In this document: piece by piece, positions 8,111 to 17,592 of the stretch
Layout: every line of letters begins with the position of its first letter
Position numbering within the stretch: the first letter of the stretch is position 1
Sequence record: SRR20825006_271
Strand: one strand, 5' to 3'
Length of the DNA: 61,796 nucleotides
The notes under the pieces: model-generated
Seen by the model: the letters and a program-made list of their open reading frames with translations, nothing else
Databases searched by the model: none
Told to the model about the DNA's origin: nothing
Translations under genes and position numbers: made by a program

Positions 8111-9064
8111 ATGCGTGCGATCCGTTCACTTATCTCGGTGGTCCTGTTGGGACTGGCGACCATAATGGCTGCACTTACGCCAGCCATGGCTGAATATCCG
8201 GAAAAACCTGTTTCATTTGTGGTGCCATTCCCACCGGGGGATTTGGAAGATGTGCTGACCCGCATGATCGCAGAAGAGTTTCAAACTATGTATGGCGTGC
8301 CCGCAGCAGTGGTGAACAAGCCTGGCGGCGGTGGCGGGCCTTTCCCCGGCGCAGCGGAAGTGGCGCAAGCGCCTGCTGATGGATATACGATCGGTTCGTT
8401 CGTGGTGGATATTCCGCTGGTTGGTCCCTATGTGGGCATTCCAGCGTTGGAGCCAGATCCATTTGAGCCCGTTGGCATTTTCTTGACCTATCCGTTCGTG
8501 ATTGCGTCTTCAAAAGCGGCGCCATATCAAAATGTTGATGAGCTGGCCGCCTTTTCAAAAGACAATAAATTGCTGCTTGGCCATTTCGGTTCGTTCCTGA
8601 TCCCAACCCAGGTGACGATGGCGCTTGGTGAAGAGCGCGGCGTGCAATTCTATTCTAATGCAGCGTTTGATGCGCTGGATTGCAACACTTTGGCTTCCGG
8701 CGATGCGGATGTGATCAACACCACCTTGCAGTTGATTTTGCCATGTCTCGACAAGGTTAATGTGTTGGCGACAGTTACCACGGATCGCATTCCGTTGGTG
8801 CCAGATAGCCCAACCGTTGGTGAGCTTGAGCCTTCGCTAAACATTGCGCTTTGGAATGGCTTGTTTGTGCATAAGGACACACCAGCAGATGTGCGCGAGA
8901 AAATTGCCGCCGCAGCCCAAAAGGCATTGGCCAGCGATGCCGCGAAAAAGCTGGCTGAAGAAACTGGTGCCGGTGTTTACTGGCAAGGCGCTGAAGAGGC
9001 CGCTGCGCGGATTGAAGCAGATCGAGCGGTGGCCGACACGGTTGCTCGCTTTGCAGAAGAATAG
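8111..9064 (+). CDS. tctC: Tripartite tricarboxylate transporter substrate-binding protein (TctC/Bug)
   Basis: Signal peptide, YPEKPVSFVVPFPPG, VNKPGGGG, APADGYT. Confidence 0.9.
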   Translation: MRAIRSLISVVLLGLATIMAALTPAMAEYPEKPVSFVVPFPPGDLEDVLTRMIAEEFQTMYGVPAAVVNKPGGGGGPFPGAAEVAQAPADGYTIGSFVVDIPLVGPYVGIPALEPDPFEPVGIFLTYPFVIASSKAAPYQNVDELAAFSKDNKLLLGHFGSFLIPTQVTMALGEERGVQFYSNAAFDALDCNTLASGDADVINTTLQLILPCLDKVNVLATVTTDRIPLVPDSPTVGELEPSLNIALWNGLFVHKDTPADVREKIAAAAQKALASDAAKKLAEETGAGVYWQGAEEAAARIEADRAVADTVARFAEE

Positions 9065-9069
9065 GTTGA

Positions 9070-9100
9070 ATTTGGCCGGGGCAATTTGCTCCGGCCAAAT
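9070..9100 (+). terminator. Stem-loop after SBP gene (mRNA stabiliser or partial terminator)
   Basis: ATTTGGCCGGGGCAA-T-TTGCTCCGGCCAAAT inverted repeat. Confidence 0.6.
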
Positions 9101-9124
9101 CATATTGGTGAGTTTGATCTAACC

Positions 9125-9703
9125 ATGATTCAAGAAAATGAGATTGGCGGCAAATCTAATCGGGCCGAGAGGGTCGAGGATTATTTTGTTTCGCCTTACA
9201 GCTCGGCACTGGTTTGGTTTGGCGTTTGCACTTTTTTGGTGGCAATTTTTTTGGCCAGCCAATTGGGCGTGCAGGCCAAGTTTTTTGACAATCTGCCATT
9301 GGAAAAACAGCCGGGTCTTTGGTCTGCCATCGGCATTATCGGTATGTTGTTCTTTGGCTTTTTCCAAATGCTGCAATTTTGGTTTCACCGCAATGGGCTG
9401 CAGGCACCGGGCTTTGTGGCCGAAGCTTTGGTGTGGCTGAAAGCCGGGGAATATGTGCTGTGGTTTATGGCCTATGTGAGCTTGGTGCCGCTGACGGGTT
9501 ATTTGCCCACCACCATCGGCTTTCTGCTGCTGATGACTTGGCGGCTGGGCTATCGCGCGGGCCAATATTATCTGCTGGCGGCGCTGACCGGGCTTTTGAT
9601 CGTGGTGGTGTTTAAGAGCTTCCTGCAGGTGAAAATACCCGGTGGGGCGCTTTATGAATATCTGCCTGCGGCGGTGCGCGGCTTTGCCATTCTATATTTA
9701 TGA
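9125..9703 (+). CDS. tctB: TTT small membrane subunit TctB
   Basis: 4-5 TM segments, FKSFLQVKIPGG C-terminal motif, position between tctC and tctA. Confidence 0.85.
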   Translation: MIQENEIGGKSNRAERVEDYFVSPYSSALVWFGVCTFLVAIFLASQLGVQAKFFDNLPLEKQPGLWSAIGIIGMLFFGFFQMLQFWFHRNGLQAPGFVAEALVWLKAGEYVLWFMAYVSLVPLTGYLPTTIGFLLLMTWRLGYRAGQYYLLAALTGLLIVVVFKSFLQVKIPGGALYEYLPAAVRGFAILYL

Positions 9704-9725
9704 GTTCGGGTTTTAGGGGCGATTT

Positions 9726-11204
9726 GTGGAACTCTTATTGACAAGTTTAAGCGCGCTGGCGCGGATTGATGTGGCGATTGCGCTGTTTGTTGGCTCGGTT
9801 GGTGGCGTGATTATTGGCGCCATTCCGGGGGTGGGGCCAGCTATTGCCATCGCGATTTTGCTGCCGGCGACCTTTGCGCTGGAACCGATTGTAGGGTTGA
9901 CCCTTTTGTTGGGCATTTATGGCTCGTCCATGTATGGCGGGGCGATCCCGGCCATTTTGGTCAATGCGCCCGGCACAGCGGTGAACGCACTGACCACTTA
10001 TGACGGTTTCCCCATGACCAAGCGGGGGGAGGCCGCACGGGCCTTATCGCTGGCGTTTGGTGCCAGCTTCTGCGGCGGGATCATTTCGATTATCGCGTTG
10101 ATGTTGCTGTCGCCCGTGTTGGCTGCGGTGGCGCCAATGTTTGGCTCGCGCGAAATTTTCCTCGCGGCCTTATTGGGCATGGTGCTGGTGGTCGTAACCC
10201 ATCGTGGGCAGGCGCTGGCGGCGGGTGCGTTGCTATGTTTGGGTATTTTTATCAATACTATTGGATTGGAATCCATACGCTACACCCAGCGATACACTTT
10301 TGATCAGCCCTGGCTGGCCTCTGGTATCGATTTGATTGTTGTGGTGCTTGGCCTTTTTGCTCTTTCACAGGCATTTTTGCTGCTGGTGGGCGAAGATGAA
10401 CATAATGAACCGCCTGCTTTAGTGGGTAAGCTTTTTGACGGGCTGCGGGAAGTGCTGCGGATGCCGAAAATCTTTGTGCCTTCTGCCGGCTTTGGTGTGG
10501 TGATGGGCATGATCCCCGGTGTGGGCGAGTTTCTGGCTCAGTTCTTTTCCTATTCGCTGGCGCGCAAAACATCTGGCAATGGTGAGAATTTCGGCAAAGG
10601 CGCACCCGAGGGCTTGGTGGCATCAGAGGCGGCGAATAATGCGGTGCCCGCTGCGGCCATGATCCCGCTTTTGGCATTGGGCATTCCGGGCGAGGCCCTG
10701 ACCGCAATGATGCTGGCGGTGTTTTATGTGCACAATGTGATTCCTGGTCCGCAATTGTTTGCCAATGATTTTGACTTCATTCTCAGCCTTTATCTGGCAT
10801 TGATTGTGCTGAATGTGTTGGCCTTTGCCTTCTTGCTGGGCACCACCAAATGGCTCACCCAAGTGGTGCGCATTCCCAATCGTTTTTTGGGGATGGTGAT
10901 TTTGGTGCTGAGCTTTGTCGGCATCTTTTCACTACGTAACTCAATCATTGATTGTGCCATTGCGGCGGCCTTTGGCATGTTTGGTTTGATGCTCAAGCGG
11001 TTGAATTTGCCGATTGTGCCGATCATTCTCGGCATGGTGCTCGGCGGCATCATGGAAGTGAAATTCCGCACCAGCATGGCACGGGTTGAGACGGTTTTCG
11101 ACTTTATTGAGCGGCCCGTGGCGCAGGTGCTTTTCGGCATCATCGTGATTGTGCTGGTGGCTCATTTCTATTCGCTATTTCGCGCTAAAAATCCAAGGAC
11201 TTAA
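9726..11204 (+). CDS. tctA: TTT large membrane subunit TctA
   Basis: GAIPGVG, YGGAIPAILVNAPGT, EAANNA, LGIPG repeats; GTG start. Confidence 0.93.
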   Translation: MELLLTSLSALARIDVAIALFVGSVGGVIIGAIPGVGPAIAIAILLPATFALEPIVGLTLLLGIYGSSMYGGAIPAILVNAPGTAVNALTTYDGFPMTKRGEAARALSLAFGASFCGGIISIIALMLLSPVLAAVAPMFGSREIFLAALLGMVLVVVTHRGQALAAGALLCLGIFINTIGLESIRYTQRYTFDQPWLASGIDLIVVVLGLFALSQAFLLLVGEDEHNEPPALVGKLFDGLREVLRMPKIFVPSAGFGVVMGMIPGVGEFLAQFFSYSLARKTSGNGENFGKGAPEGLVASEAANNAVPAAAMIPLLALGIPGEALTAMMLAVFYVHNVIPGPQLFANDFDFILSLYLALIVLNVLAFAFLLGTTKWLTQVVRIPNRFLGMVILVLSFVGIFSLRNSIIDCAIAAAFGMFGLMLKRLNLPIVPIILGMVLGGIMEVKFRTSMARVETVFDFIERPVAQVLFGIIVIVLVAHFYSLFRAKNPRT

Positions 11205-11206
11205 GA

Positions 11207-12691
11207 ATGATCACGCAAGAAGAGATCAATGCGCTACGCCACAAGGTGATTGCGCCGCAAAAAATGCTGATTGATGGCCAATGGGTCGATGCCAGCGATG
11301 GTGGCACTGTTGATGTGGTGAGCCCGATTGACGGCAAAAAGCTGACAACATTGGCGGCGGCAACTGTTGAAGATGTGGACCGGGCGGTGCTTGCGGCGCG
11401 CAAGGTTTTTGAGCGCGGAGACTGGTCGCGCATGGCGCCGCAGGGCCGCATGAAAATAATGCACAAAATTGCCGATCTGATCGCGGCTAATGCGAAAGAA
11501 ATGGCGGTATTGGGCGCACGCGATAACGGCACGGAAATCGGTATGGCGATCAAGGCCGAGCCGGGATCAGCGGCGGGCACGTTCCGCTTTTATGCAGAAG
11601 CCATCGACAAGGTTTACGGTGAAATTGCGCCTACCGCGGACAATCAATTGGCACTCATCCATCGTGAGCCAGTTGGCGTGGTGGGGGCTATTGTGCCTTG
11701 GAATTTCCCCATGATGATCGGGGCATGGAAAATCGCGCCGGCACTGGCAGCGGGCAATAGCGTGGTGTTGAAACCATCTGAAGCTGCATCGCTCAATTTG
11801 TTGCGCTTGGCCGAACTTTGCCAAGAAGCGGGTTTGCCGGATGGGGTGTTGAACGTGATCACTGGCAGCGGTTCTGTGGCGGGCGAGGCCATGGGCTTGC
11901 ACCATGATATTGATATAATCGGCTTTACCGGGTCTGGCGGCGTGGGGCGACGGCTGATGGATTATGCTGCGCGCTCCAACATGAAGCGGCTCTATCTCGA
12001 ATTAGGCGGCAAGTCCCCCAATATTATCTTTGCAGATGCGGCGGATTTGGACCATGCGGCAAAGGTTTCTGCGGCGGGTATTTTCCGAAATTCGGGCGAA
12101 GTGTGCGTGGCGGGATCGCGCATTTTGGTCGAGCGCACCATCCATGATGCCTTTGTTGAAAAACTGCGCGCTGAAGCTGCGAAATATAAGGTCGGCGACC
12201 CATTGGATTTGGGCAACAATATCGGCGCGATCACCACGGCGCAGCAGCTTGAAGGCGACTTGGCCTTTGTGGTGCGGGCGCAAAAAGAAGGTGGCACCTT
12301 GGTAACTGGCGGCAAGCAACTTAATGCCGGGCAGGGCTATTATATGGAGCCGACCATTTTCACCAACATCAAGCCGGATATGGATTTGTTTCAAAATGAG
12401 GTGTTTGGGCCAGTGGTTTCCGTGACGCCATTCGATACGGAGGAGGAAGCAGTGGCGTTGGCCAATGGCACTGACTTTGGCTTAGCGGCGGGCGTGTGGA
12501 CATCGAACTTGTCGCGGGCGCACCGCATGGTCCGCAACATCAAATCTGGCGTGGTGCATGTGAACACTTATGGCGGCGCGGGCAATAATGTGCCGCTGGC
12601 AGGCATGAAGCAGTCTGGTAATGGGGCGGACAAGTCGCTGCACGCGATTGAGAAATATGAAAATTTGAAAACGGCTTGGATCCAGCTTTAG
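11207..12691 (+). CDS. NAD-dependent aldehyde dehydrogenase (PuuC-like subfamily)
   Basis: IVPWNFP, KPSE, FTGS, LELGGKSP, NSGEVC (catalytic Cys), EVFGPV. Confidence 0.93.
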   Translation: MITQEEINALRHKVIAPQKMLIDGQWVDASDGGTVDVVSPIDGKKLTTLAAATVEDVDRAVLAARKVFERGDWSRMAPQGRMKIMHKIADLIAANAKEMAVLGARDNGTEIGMAIKAEPGSAAGTFRFYAEAIDKVYGEIAPTADNQLALIHREPVGVVGAIVPWNFPMMIGAWKIAPALAAGNSVVLKPSEAASLNLLRLAELCQEAGLPDGVLNVITGSGSVAGEAMGLHHDIDIIGFTGSGGVGRRLMDYAARSNMKRLYLELGGKSPNIIFADAADLDHAAKVSAAGIFRNSGEVCVAGSRILVERTIHDAFVEKLRAEAAKYKVGDPLDLGNNIGAITTAQQLEGDLAFVVRAQKEGGTLVTGGKQLNAGQGYYMEPTIFTNIKPDMDLFQNEVFGPVVSVTPFDTEEEAVALANGTDFGLAAGVWTSNLSRAHRMVRNIKSGVVHVNTYGGAGNNVPLAGMKQSGNGADKSLHAIEKYENLKTAWIQL

Positions 12692-12700
12692 GGAGGCACC

Positions 12701-13945
12701 ATGGCAGAGAAGAAAACCATTTTGGTGATCGGCACTTATGACACCAAATCAGACGAGCTGGATTATTTAACCAATGCCATCAAAGGGCAGGGCGGCAATG
12801 TGCTCACCATGGATGTGAGCGTGTTGGGCGACCCATCAACGCCGACGGATGTGTCGAAGCATGACGTGGCGGAGGCGGCTGGGTCGAGCATTCAGGCAGC
12901 GATTGACTCTGGTGATGAGAATGTGGCGATGCAAATTATGGCGCGGGGTGCATCTGCCCTGTGTCACCAATTGCAGGCTGACGGCCGAATTGATGGGATG
13001 ATCGCCATGGGCGGTTCTATGGGCACCGATCTGGCGCTGGATTGCGCACGGGCACTGCCACTTGGGGTGCCGAAATATATCATTTCCACCATCGCATTTT
13101 CACCGCTTATTCCAGCGGATCGTTTGGCGACAGATATTCAGATGATCCTGTGGGCTGGCGGCCTATATGGCTTGAACTCGGTGTGCAAAGCGTCGTTGAG
13201 CCAAGCGGCTGGTGCGGTGTTGGGCGCGGCGCAGGCGGTTCAACTGCCTGCTGAAGATCGCCCAATGATTGGCATGACCAGCATGGGGTCTACCTGCTTG
13301 CGTTATATGAAAGCTCTAAAGCCTGCGCTGGAAGAGCGGGGCTTTGAAGTGGCTATTTTCCACGCGACTGGCATGGGCGGCATGGCGTTTGAAAATCTGG
13401 CGCGTGAAGGCAAGTTTGCGTGCGTAATGGATTTTGCACCGCAGGAGATGGGCAATGAATTGATGGGGTCGGTGGTCAGCTCCGGGCCGGATCGGTTGCG
13501 CGGTGCGGCCGTTTCTGGCACGCCTGCGATGATTGCGCCGGGCTGTATTGATCTGGTGGATTTTCCGGGCTGGCAGCCTTTTCCTGAGCAGTTTAATGAC
13601 CGCTCATTCCATGCCCATAACCGGCTTTTGTCGTCTGCCACATTGAATGCAGATGAGCGGCGTTTGTTGGCGCGAGAATTAGCGGGGCGTGCTGCGGAAA
13701 ATAAAGCGCCAACCCATATCATTTCGCCGCTTCAAGGCATTGAAGAGTGGGACAAGCCGGGTGAACCTGCATACGAGCCAGAAAATCATGCGGCTTTTGT
13801 GGCGGAATTGGCTAAATCAGTGCAGACACCGGTTGGTTTTACGGAACTGGATTGTCACATTAATGATCAAGCGTTTAGCGACTTTGTGTTGCAACTGTTT
13901 AATCAATGGTTGGCCGATGGCACGGTAAAAAATCCGAAAGCATAA
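12701..13945 (+). CDS. Tm-1-like ATP-binding domain protein (UPF0261)
   Basis: IGTYDTK..E, GGSMGT, ALPLGVPKYIIST, FHATGMGG, HAHN, HIND motifs. Confidence 0.88.
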   Translation: MAEKKTILVIGTYDTKSDELDYLTNAIKGQGGNVLTMDVSVLGDPSTPTDVSKHDVAEAAGSSIQAAIDSGDENVAMQIMARGASALCHQLQADGRIDGMIAMGGSMGTDLALDCARALPLGVPKYIISTIAFSPLIPADRLATDIQMILWAGGLYGLNSVCKASLSQAAGAVLGAAQAVQLPAEDRPMIGMTSMGSTCLRYMKALKPALEERGFEVAIFHATGMGGMAFENLAREGKFACVMDFAPQEMGNELMGSVVSSGPDRLRGAAVSGTPAMIAPGCIDLVDFPGWQPFPEQFNDRSFHAHNRLLSSATLNADERRLLARELAGRAAENKAPTHIISPLQGIEEWDKPGEPAYEPENHAAFVAELAKSVQTPVGFTELDCHINDQAFSDFVLQLFNQWLADGTVKNPKA

Positions 13946-13962
13946 AGCTAGAAGGTGCGGCA

Positions 13963-16900
13963 TTACCCGATTTTTGCCGCGCCATCTAAGACCATTTGTT
14001 TCACCTGATCGCGCAAGGATTTGAGGGCTTTAAGCTCGGTTTGCATGTCGCCCTCTGCGCAATGGTTCAACACATAATCTGCCGTGGCCAAAACATCGCG
14101 CCAGCGCGGGTTTTGCGGCAGGGTGTCAATCGAGAAATATTTGTCCAGTGTTCGGGTTTGCAGCGACGAGCGATCTAAATGCACGCGCCAAATTCCGCTT
14201 TGCTCCGCAAAATCAAATTTCGATTTTTTGCTGCATTTTTGCCAGATGTTCAGCGCCTGGCACATTAATTCAACTGTGGTTTGTCGATAGGCGTCATTAT
14301 TGTCGTCAGTTCGGTCATTGCTCTCTGTATTAACCGCAGTAGACGCGATGCTGGGCACCTCAATGGTGTCGAGTGCGCGGCGCAGGATGGTCGGGTCTGG
14401 TGCGTTGGCCCAATCGCCATTGCTGCTTGGCAGGATGATGATGTTTAAACCGCCGCCCACTTCTTGGTCCATTTCAAATGCGTGCAAGCTCACCTGTTCA
14501 TCTTTGTTTTTAAGGTGCACATTTTCCAATCGTGCTGCACCATCTTCACGGCAGTTTGCGAGCAATTCACCAAACTCCTGTTCACTGACCAGTTGTTTGA
14601 TGTTGGCGCGGGTGCCTGCCGGAATGCCCAGCCAATCTTGGGCAAAGCGGTTGGTGTAGAATAAATCACCCGTTTCCTCCACGCACCAAAGGCCAACATT
14701 GAGGCTGTCCAACAAGCCAGCCATGCGGGTTTGAGACAGGCGCAATGCGTCTTCGACTTGAATGCGGCGCTTCATTTCGGCGTGTAACTGCGCGTTTTCA
14801 GCGCTGGCCATGCGGGCGCGTTGAGCTTCAAGTAGCGTGTCGACGCGGGCGAGTAGTTCGTCCTTCACGAATGGCTTGACCACATAATCATTCGCCCCGG
14901 CTTCCAACCCCGCGATGATGTCACGGGTGCGGGAGCGGGCGGTGACCATGATGATGGGAAGTTCCAACCTGTCGAACCGCTCGCGCAGACGGCGGGCCAC
15001 CTCAAGGCCGCTCAGATCGGGCATCATTACGTCGAGGATGATCAGATTTGGACGGTGCTTGTCGATCAGTTCAAGGGCAGTGGCGCCGTTGTCAGCCGTG
15101 CGCACGCCGAAGCCTTGCGGCAGAAGAACGTTGCGCAGCACTTGCAGATTGATCGGCTCGTCATCAACGACCAGAATTTCTGGCACACCATCTTTGATCG
15201 GTTGGTCTTCCTGCAGCCAGCTTTCGTCAGAACTGTTCAGTTTTTCCTGATACCCCTCAGATTGACGGGCGATGGCTGGGGCGCCTTCGAGTTCGAAATC
15301 CTTTGCGGTGGCGGATTTTAGTTTCAGGGTGAAAACCGATCCTTCGCCCAAAGTGCTGTTGGCCCAAAGTTCGCCGCCCAAAATGGTGGCGAGGTGGCGG
15401 GCGATGGTGAGGCCCAAACCTGTGCCGCCCGTTTTCCGCGCAGTGTCGACGCCATCAGCTTGTTCAAGTGGCTTAAACATGCGGCCCAAATCTGCTTCAG
15501 AAATGCCCATGCCGGTGTCGGCGATGGAGATTTGCACTGTGCCATCTTGCGCTTCGGCTGTGATGCGGATGGTGCCTGCTTCGGTATATTTGATGGCATT
15601 GCCCACGAGGTTGTGCAGGATTTGTTCAAGCCGCACCGGGTCGGCCATGACCAACGGCGTGTCTTTGGCGATATCAACTTCCAATGTCACCGGTTCGCCG
15701 CGCAGTAGGGGTTCTGATAGCAGCAGGACGTTGCGTACGCTGGTGGCGACATCAACGGGGTGCATGTCCAACCGCATTCGGCCTTGGCGGATGCGATAGA
15801 GATCGAGCAGATCATCCACCAAGCGCGATAGCTTGCGGGCACTGAAGGTGATTAGCTGCAGTTGGCTGCGCTGACGTTCGGATAGATCGCCTGCCGCGCC
15901 TGCAGTGAGTGTTTCCGAAATCCCGACAATGCCATTGAGCGGCGTACGCAGTTCGTGGGAAGTGTTGGCCAGAAATGTATCCTTCATCCGGTCCGCTTCT
16001 TCCAGCTGGGCATTCTTTTCTTCAATGGCGGCGACGTTGGCGTTGATTTGCGAAAGCTGGTCGCGCACCGCATCGCGCATGCGGCCGAAACTGTCAGCCA
16101 AACGCTTCAACTCGATCGGTTTTTCAATATCCGGCATGGTGCGGTTCAAGTCGCCAGCGGCGATGGCTTCCGCCGTGTTGGTGATACGCAAAATGGGGCG
16201 TGTGGCGCTGCTGGCCAGTCGTGTCGCGATGAAAAATAGAATGGGAATGGCCAGCAAAGCTAGGGCTGAAACCGTGGCGATCAGTGTATTCACGCTGGCA
16301 TAAGCTTGTGAGGTTGGCACTTCGCTGACCAAAAGCCAATCGCGGTCAAACACACGGACGCCGCCAAAAGCGGCGAGGGCGGGGCCATTGGTGAGGCCGT
16401 TGGACACCTTGGCTGTTTCGCGATCAGACGTTGGACGCAAGGTGCGGGCGGCACCCGGCTTGTCGCCAATGGTGTAGTCGCTTTCTGACGGGTGGCTGAG
16501 CACCTGTCGATTTGAGGACAGGAGGAACACGCGTCCGGCTTCGCGGGTTTCAGATTGCACCAAACGCTCCACGCCATTGGTGGGCAATCGGAACACGACA
16601 ACACCGCTGGGGCGTGAATAGAATTTGACCTTTACGGCCAAATAGGCGGCAAAGTGCCCGGTGACAGCGTCTTCATCAAAATCGTGAAAAACGATGCCTA
16701 AATCTTCTTCTGTTGAGAGGAGCTTTTGCGATATTTGCGCAACGGGCGCATTGGCCAGCGGGCCATAAATTGAAGTGGCGAGATAATTGTCCTTCTCAAC
16801 CGAATAGACAATGCGCCCCTGATTGTTGACTAAATAGAGATTGTCATATTCAGCAGAATCGATGAAGGCCTGATATTCGCCATGGAACTGGGCGTGCATA

Positions 16901-17316
16901 TTGTCGTAGATCAGGGCGGTGCTGATCAGCTTATCGCGGTCAGCGCGGCTGGCAGTGCCACCGACACCAAAGGCTGCGCGCAAAATTCGGGCGGCTTCTT
17001 CCGGTTCTGGGGAGATTTCGCGGAAGCCATAGCTAAAACCGTAAAACTCACCAATTGAATACCTTACAATATTTGTTTGGCTTAAAGAGTCTGCTTGGCG
17101 GGAGGCAAATTGCAAATATTGCCGGATTTCAGCCTGTTTCGCCTCATTGACGAATTCGAGTTTGGCGAAGTTCTCATCTTCAAGATTGGCAATAAGCACA
17201 TAAAAGAAGGTGGCACTGACAATGAGGAGTGGAATCAATGAGATGCCCGTGAAGGCCAGCAACAATCTCGCATGTAGACCTCTTGGTGCCATTTTATTTG
17301 GCCGCATATAGTCCAA
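13963..17316 (-). CDS. chiS: ChiS-like hybrid sensor histidine kinase (periplasmic sensor-HAMP-HisKA-HATPase-receiver-C-terminal DNA-binding domain)
   Basis: 1117 aa; LANTSHELRTPLNG H-box, GGTGLGL, VDDEPIN..LDVMMP receiver; C-terminal KFDFAEQSGIWRVHLDRSSLQTRTLDKY..PRWR matches the Vibrio ChiS DNA-binding domain as recalled; TTG start after GGGGGAGG. Confidence 0.85.
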   Translation of the reverse strand: MDYMRPNKMAPRGLHARLLLAFTGISLIPLLIVSATFFYVLIANLEDENFAKLEFVNEAKQAEIRQYLQFASRQADSLSQTNIVRYSIGEFYGFSYGFREISPEPEEAARILRAAFGVGGTASRADRDKLISTALIYDNMHAQFHGEYQAFIDSAEYDNLYLVNNQGRIVYSVEKDNYLATSIYGPLANAPVAQISQKLLSTEEDLGIVFHDFDEDAVTGHFAAYLAVKVKFYSRPSGVVVFRLPTNGVERLVQSETREAGRVFLLSSNRQVLSHPSESDYTIGDKPGAARTLRPTSDRETAKVSNGLTNGPALAAFGGVRVFDRDWLLVSEVPTSQAYASVNTLIATVSALALLAIPILFFIATRLASSATRPILRITNTAEAIAAGDLNRTMPDIEKPIELKRLADSFGRMRDAVRDQLSQINANVAAIEEKNAQLEEADRMKDTFLANTSHELRTPLNGIVGISETLTAGAAGDLSERQRSQLQLITFSARKLSRLVDDLLDLYRIRQGRMRLDMHPVDVATSVRNVLLLSEPLLRGEPVTLEVDIAKDTPLVMADPVRLEQILHNLVGNAIKYTEAGTIRITAEAQDGTVQISIADTGMGISEADLGRMFKPLEQADGVDTARKTGGTGLGLTIARHLATILGGELWANSTLGEGSVFTLKLKSATAKDFELEGAPAIARQSEGYQEKLNSSDESWLQEDQPIKDGVPEILVVDDEPINLQVLRNVLLPQGFGVRTADNGATALELIDKHRPNLIILDVMMPDLSGLEVARRLRERFDRLELPIIMVTARSRTRDIIAGLEAGANDYVVKPFVKDELLARVDTLLEAQRARMASAENAQLHAEMKRRIQVEDALRLSQTRMAGLLDSLNVGLWCVEETGDLFYTNRFAQDWLGIPAGTRANIKQLVSEQEFGELLANCREDGAARLENVHLKNKDEQVSLHAFEMDQEVGGGLNIIILPSSNGDWANAPDPTILRRALDTIEVPSIASTAVNTESNDRTDDNNDAYRQTTVELMCQALNIWQKCSKKSKFDFAEQSGIWRVHLDRSSLQTRTLDKYFSIDTLPQNPRWRDVLATADYVLNHCAEGDMQTELKALKSLRDQVKQMVLDGAAKIG

Positions 17317-17592
17317 TTTGTGCCTCCCCCGGTCACTTTATAGACCAATTTATCCACAGCTGTGGCATCTCATATATAGTCTAAGTGTTTGATACCATTT
17401 GGCCAAAAATCGATTTTTACGATTTTTCAGCAGATTTTTCAGAATGCGCTACGTGACTTTTGGTATTCAATTGGTTTGGTATAAGCTCACCTGCAGCATC
17501 GCGTTTGTCAAGAGGCGACAGGGGCAGGGCTGAGGGACTTGCGACATTATAAAGATCGCAAGTGAGAGGATAAATTTTTAGGAGGAACTCCC

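Noticed and set aside
17350-17358. Perfect DnaA box TTATCCACA
   Set aside because: Single copy with no box cluster or origin-associated genes; not an oriC
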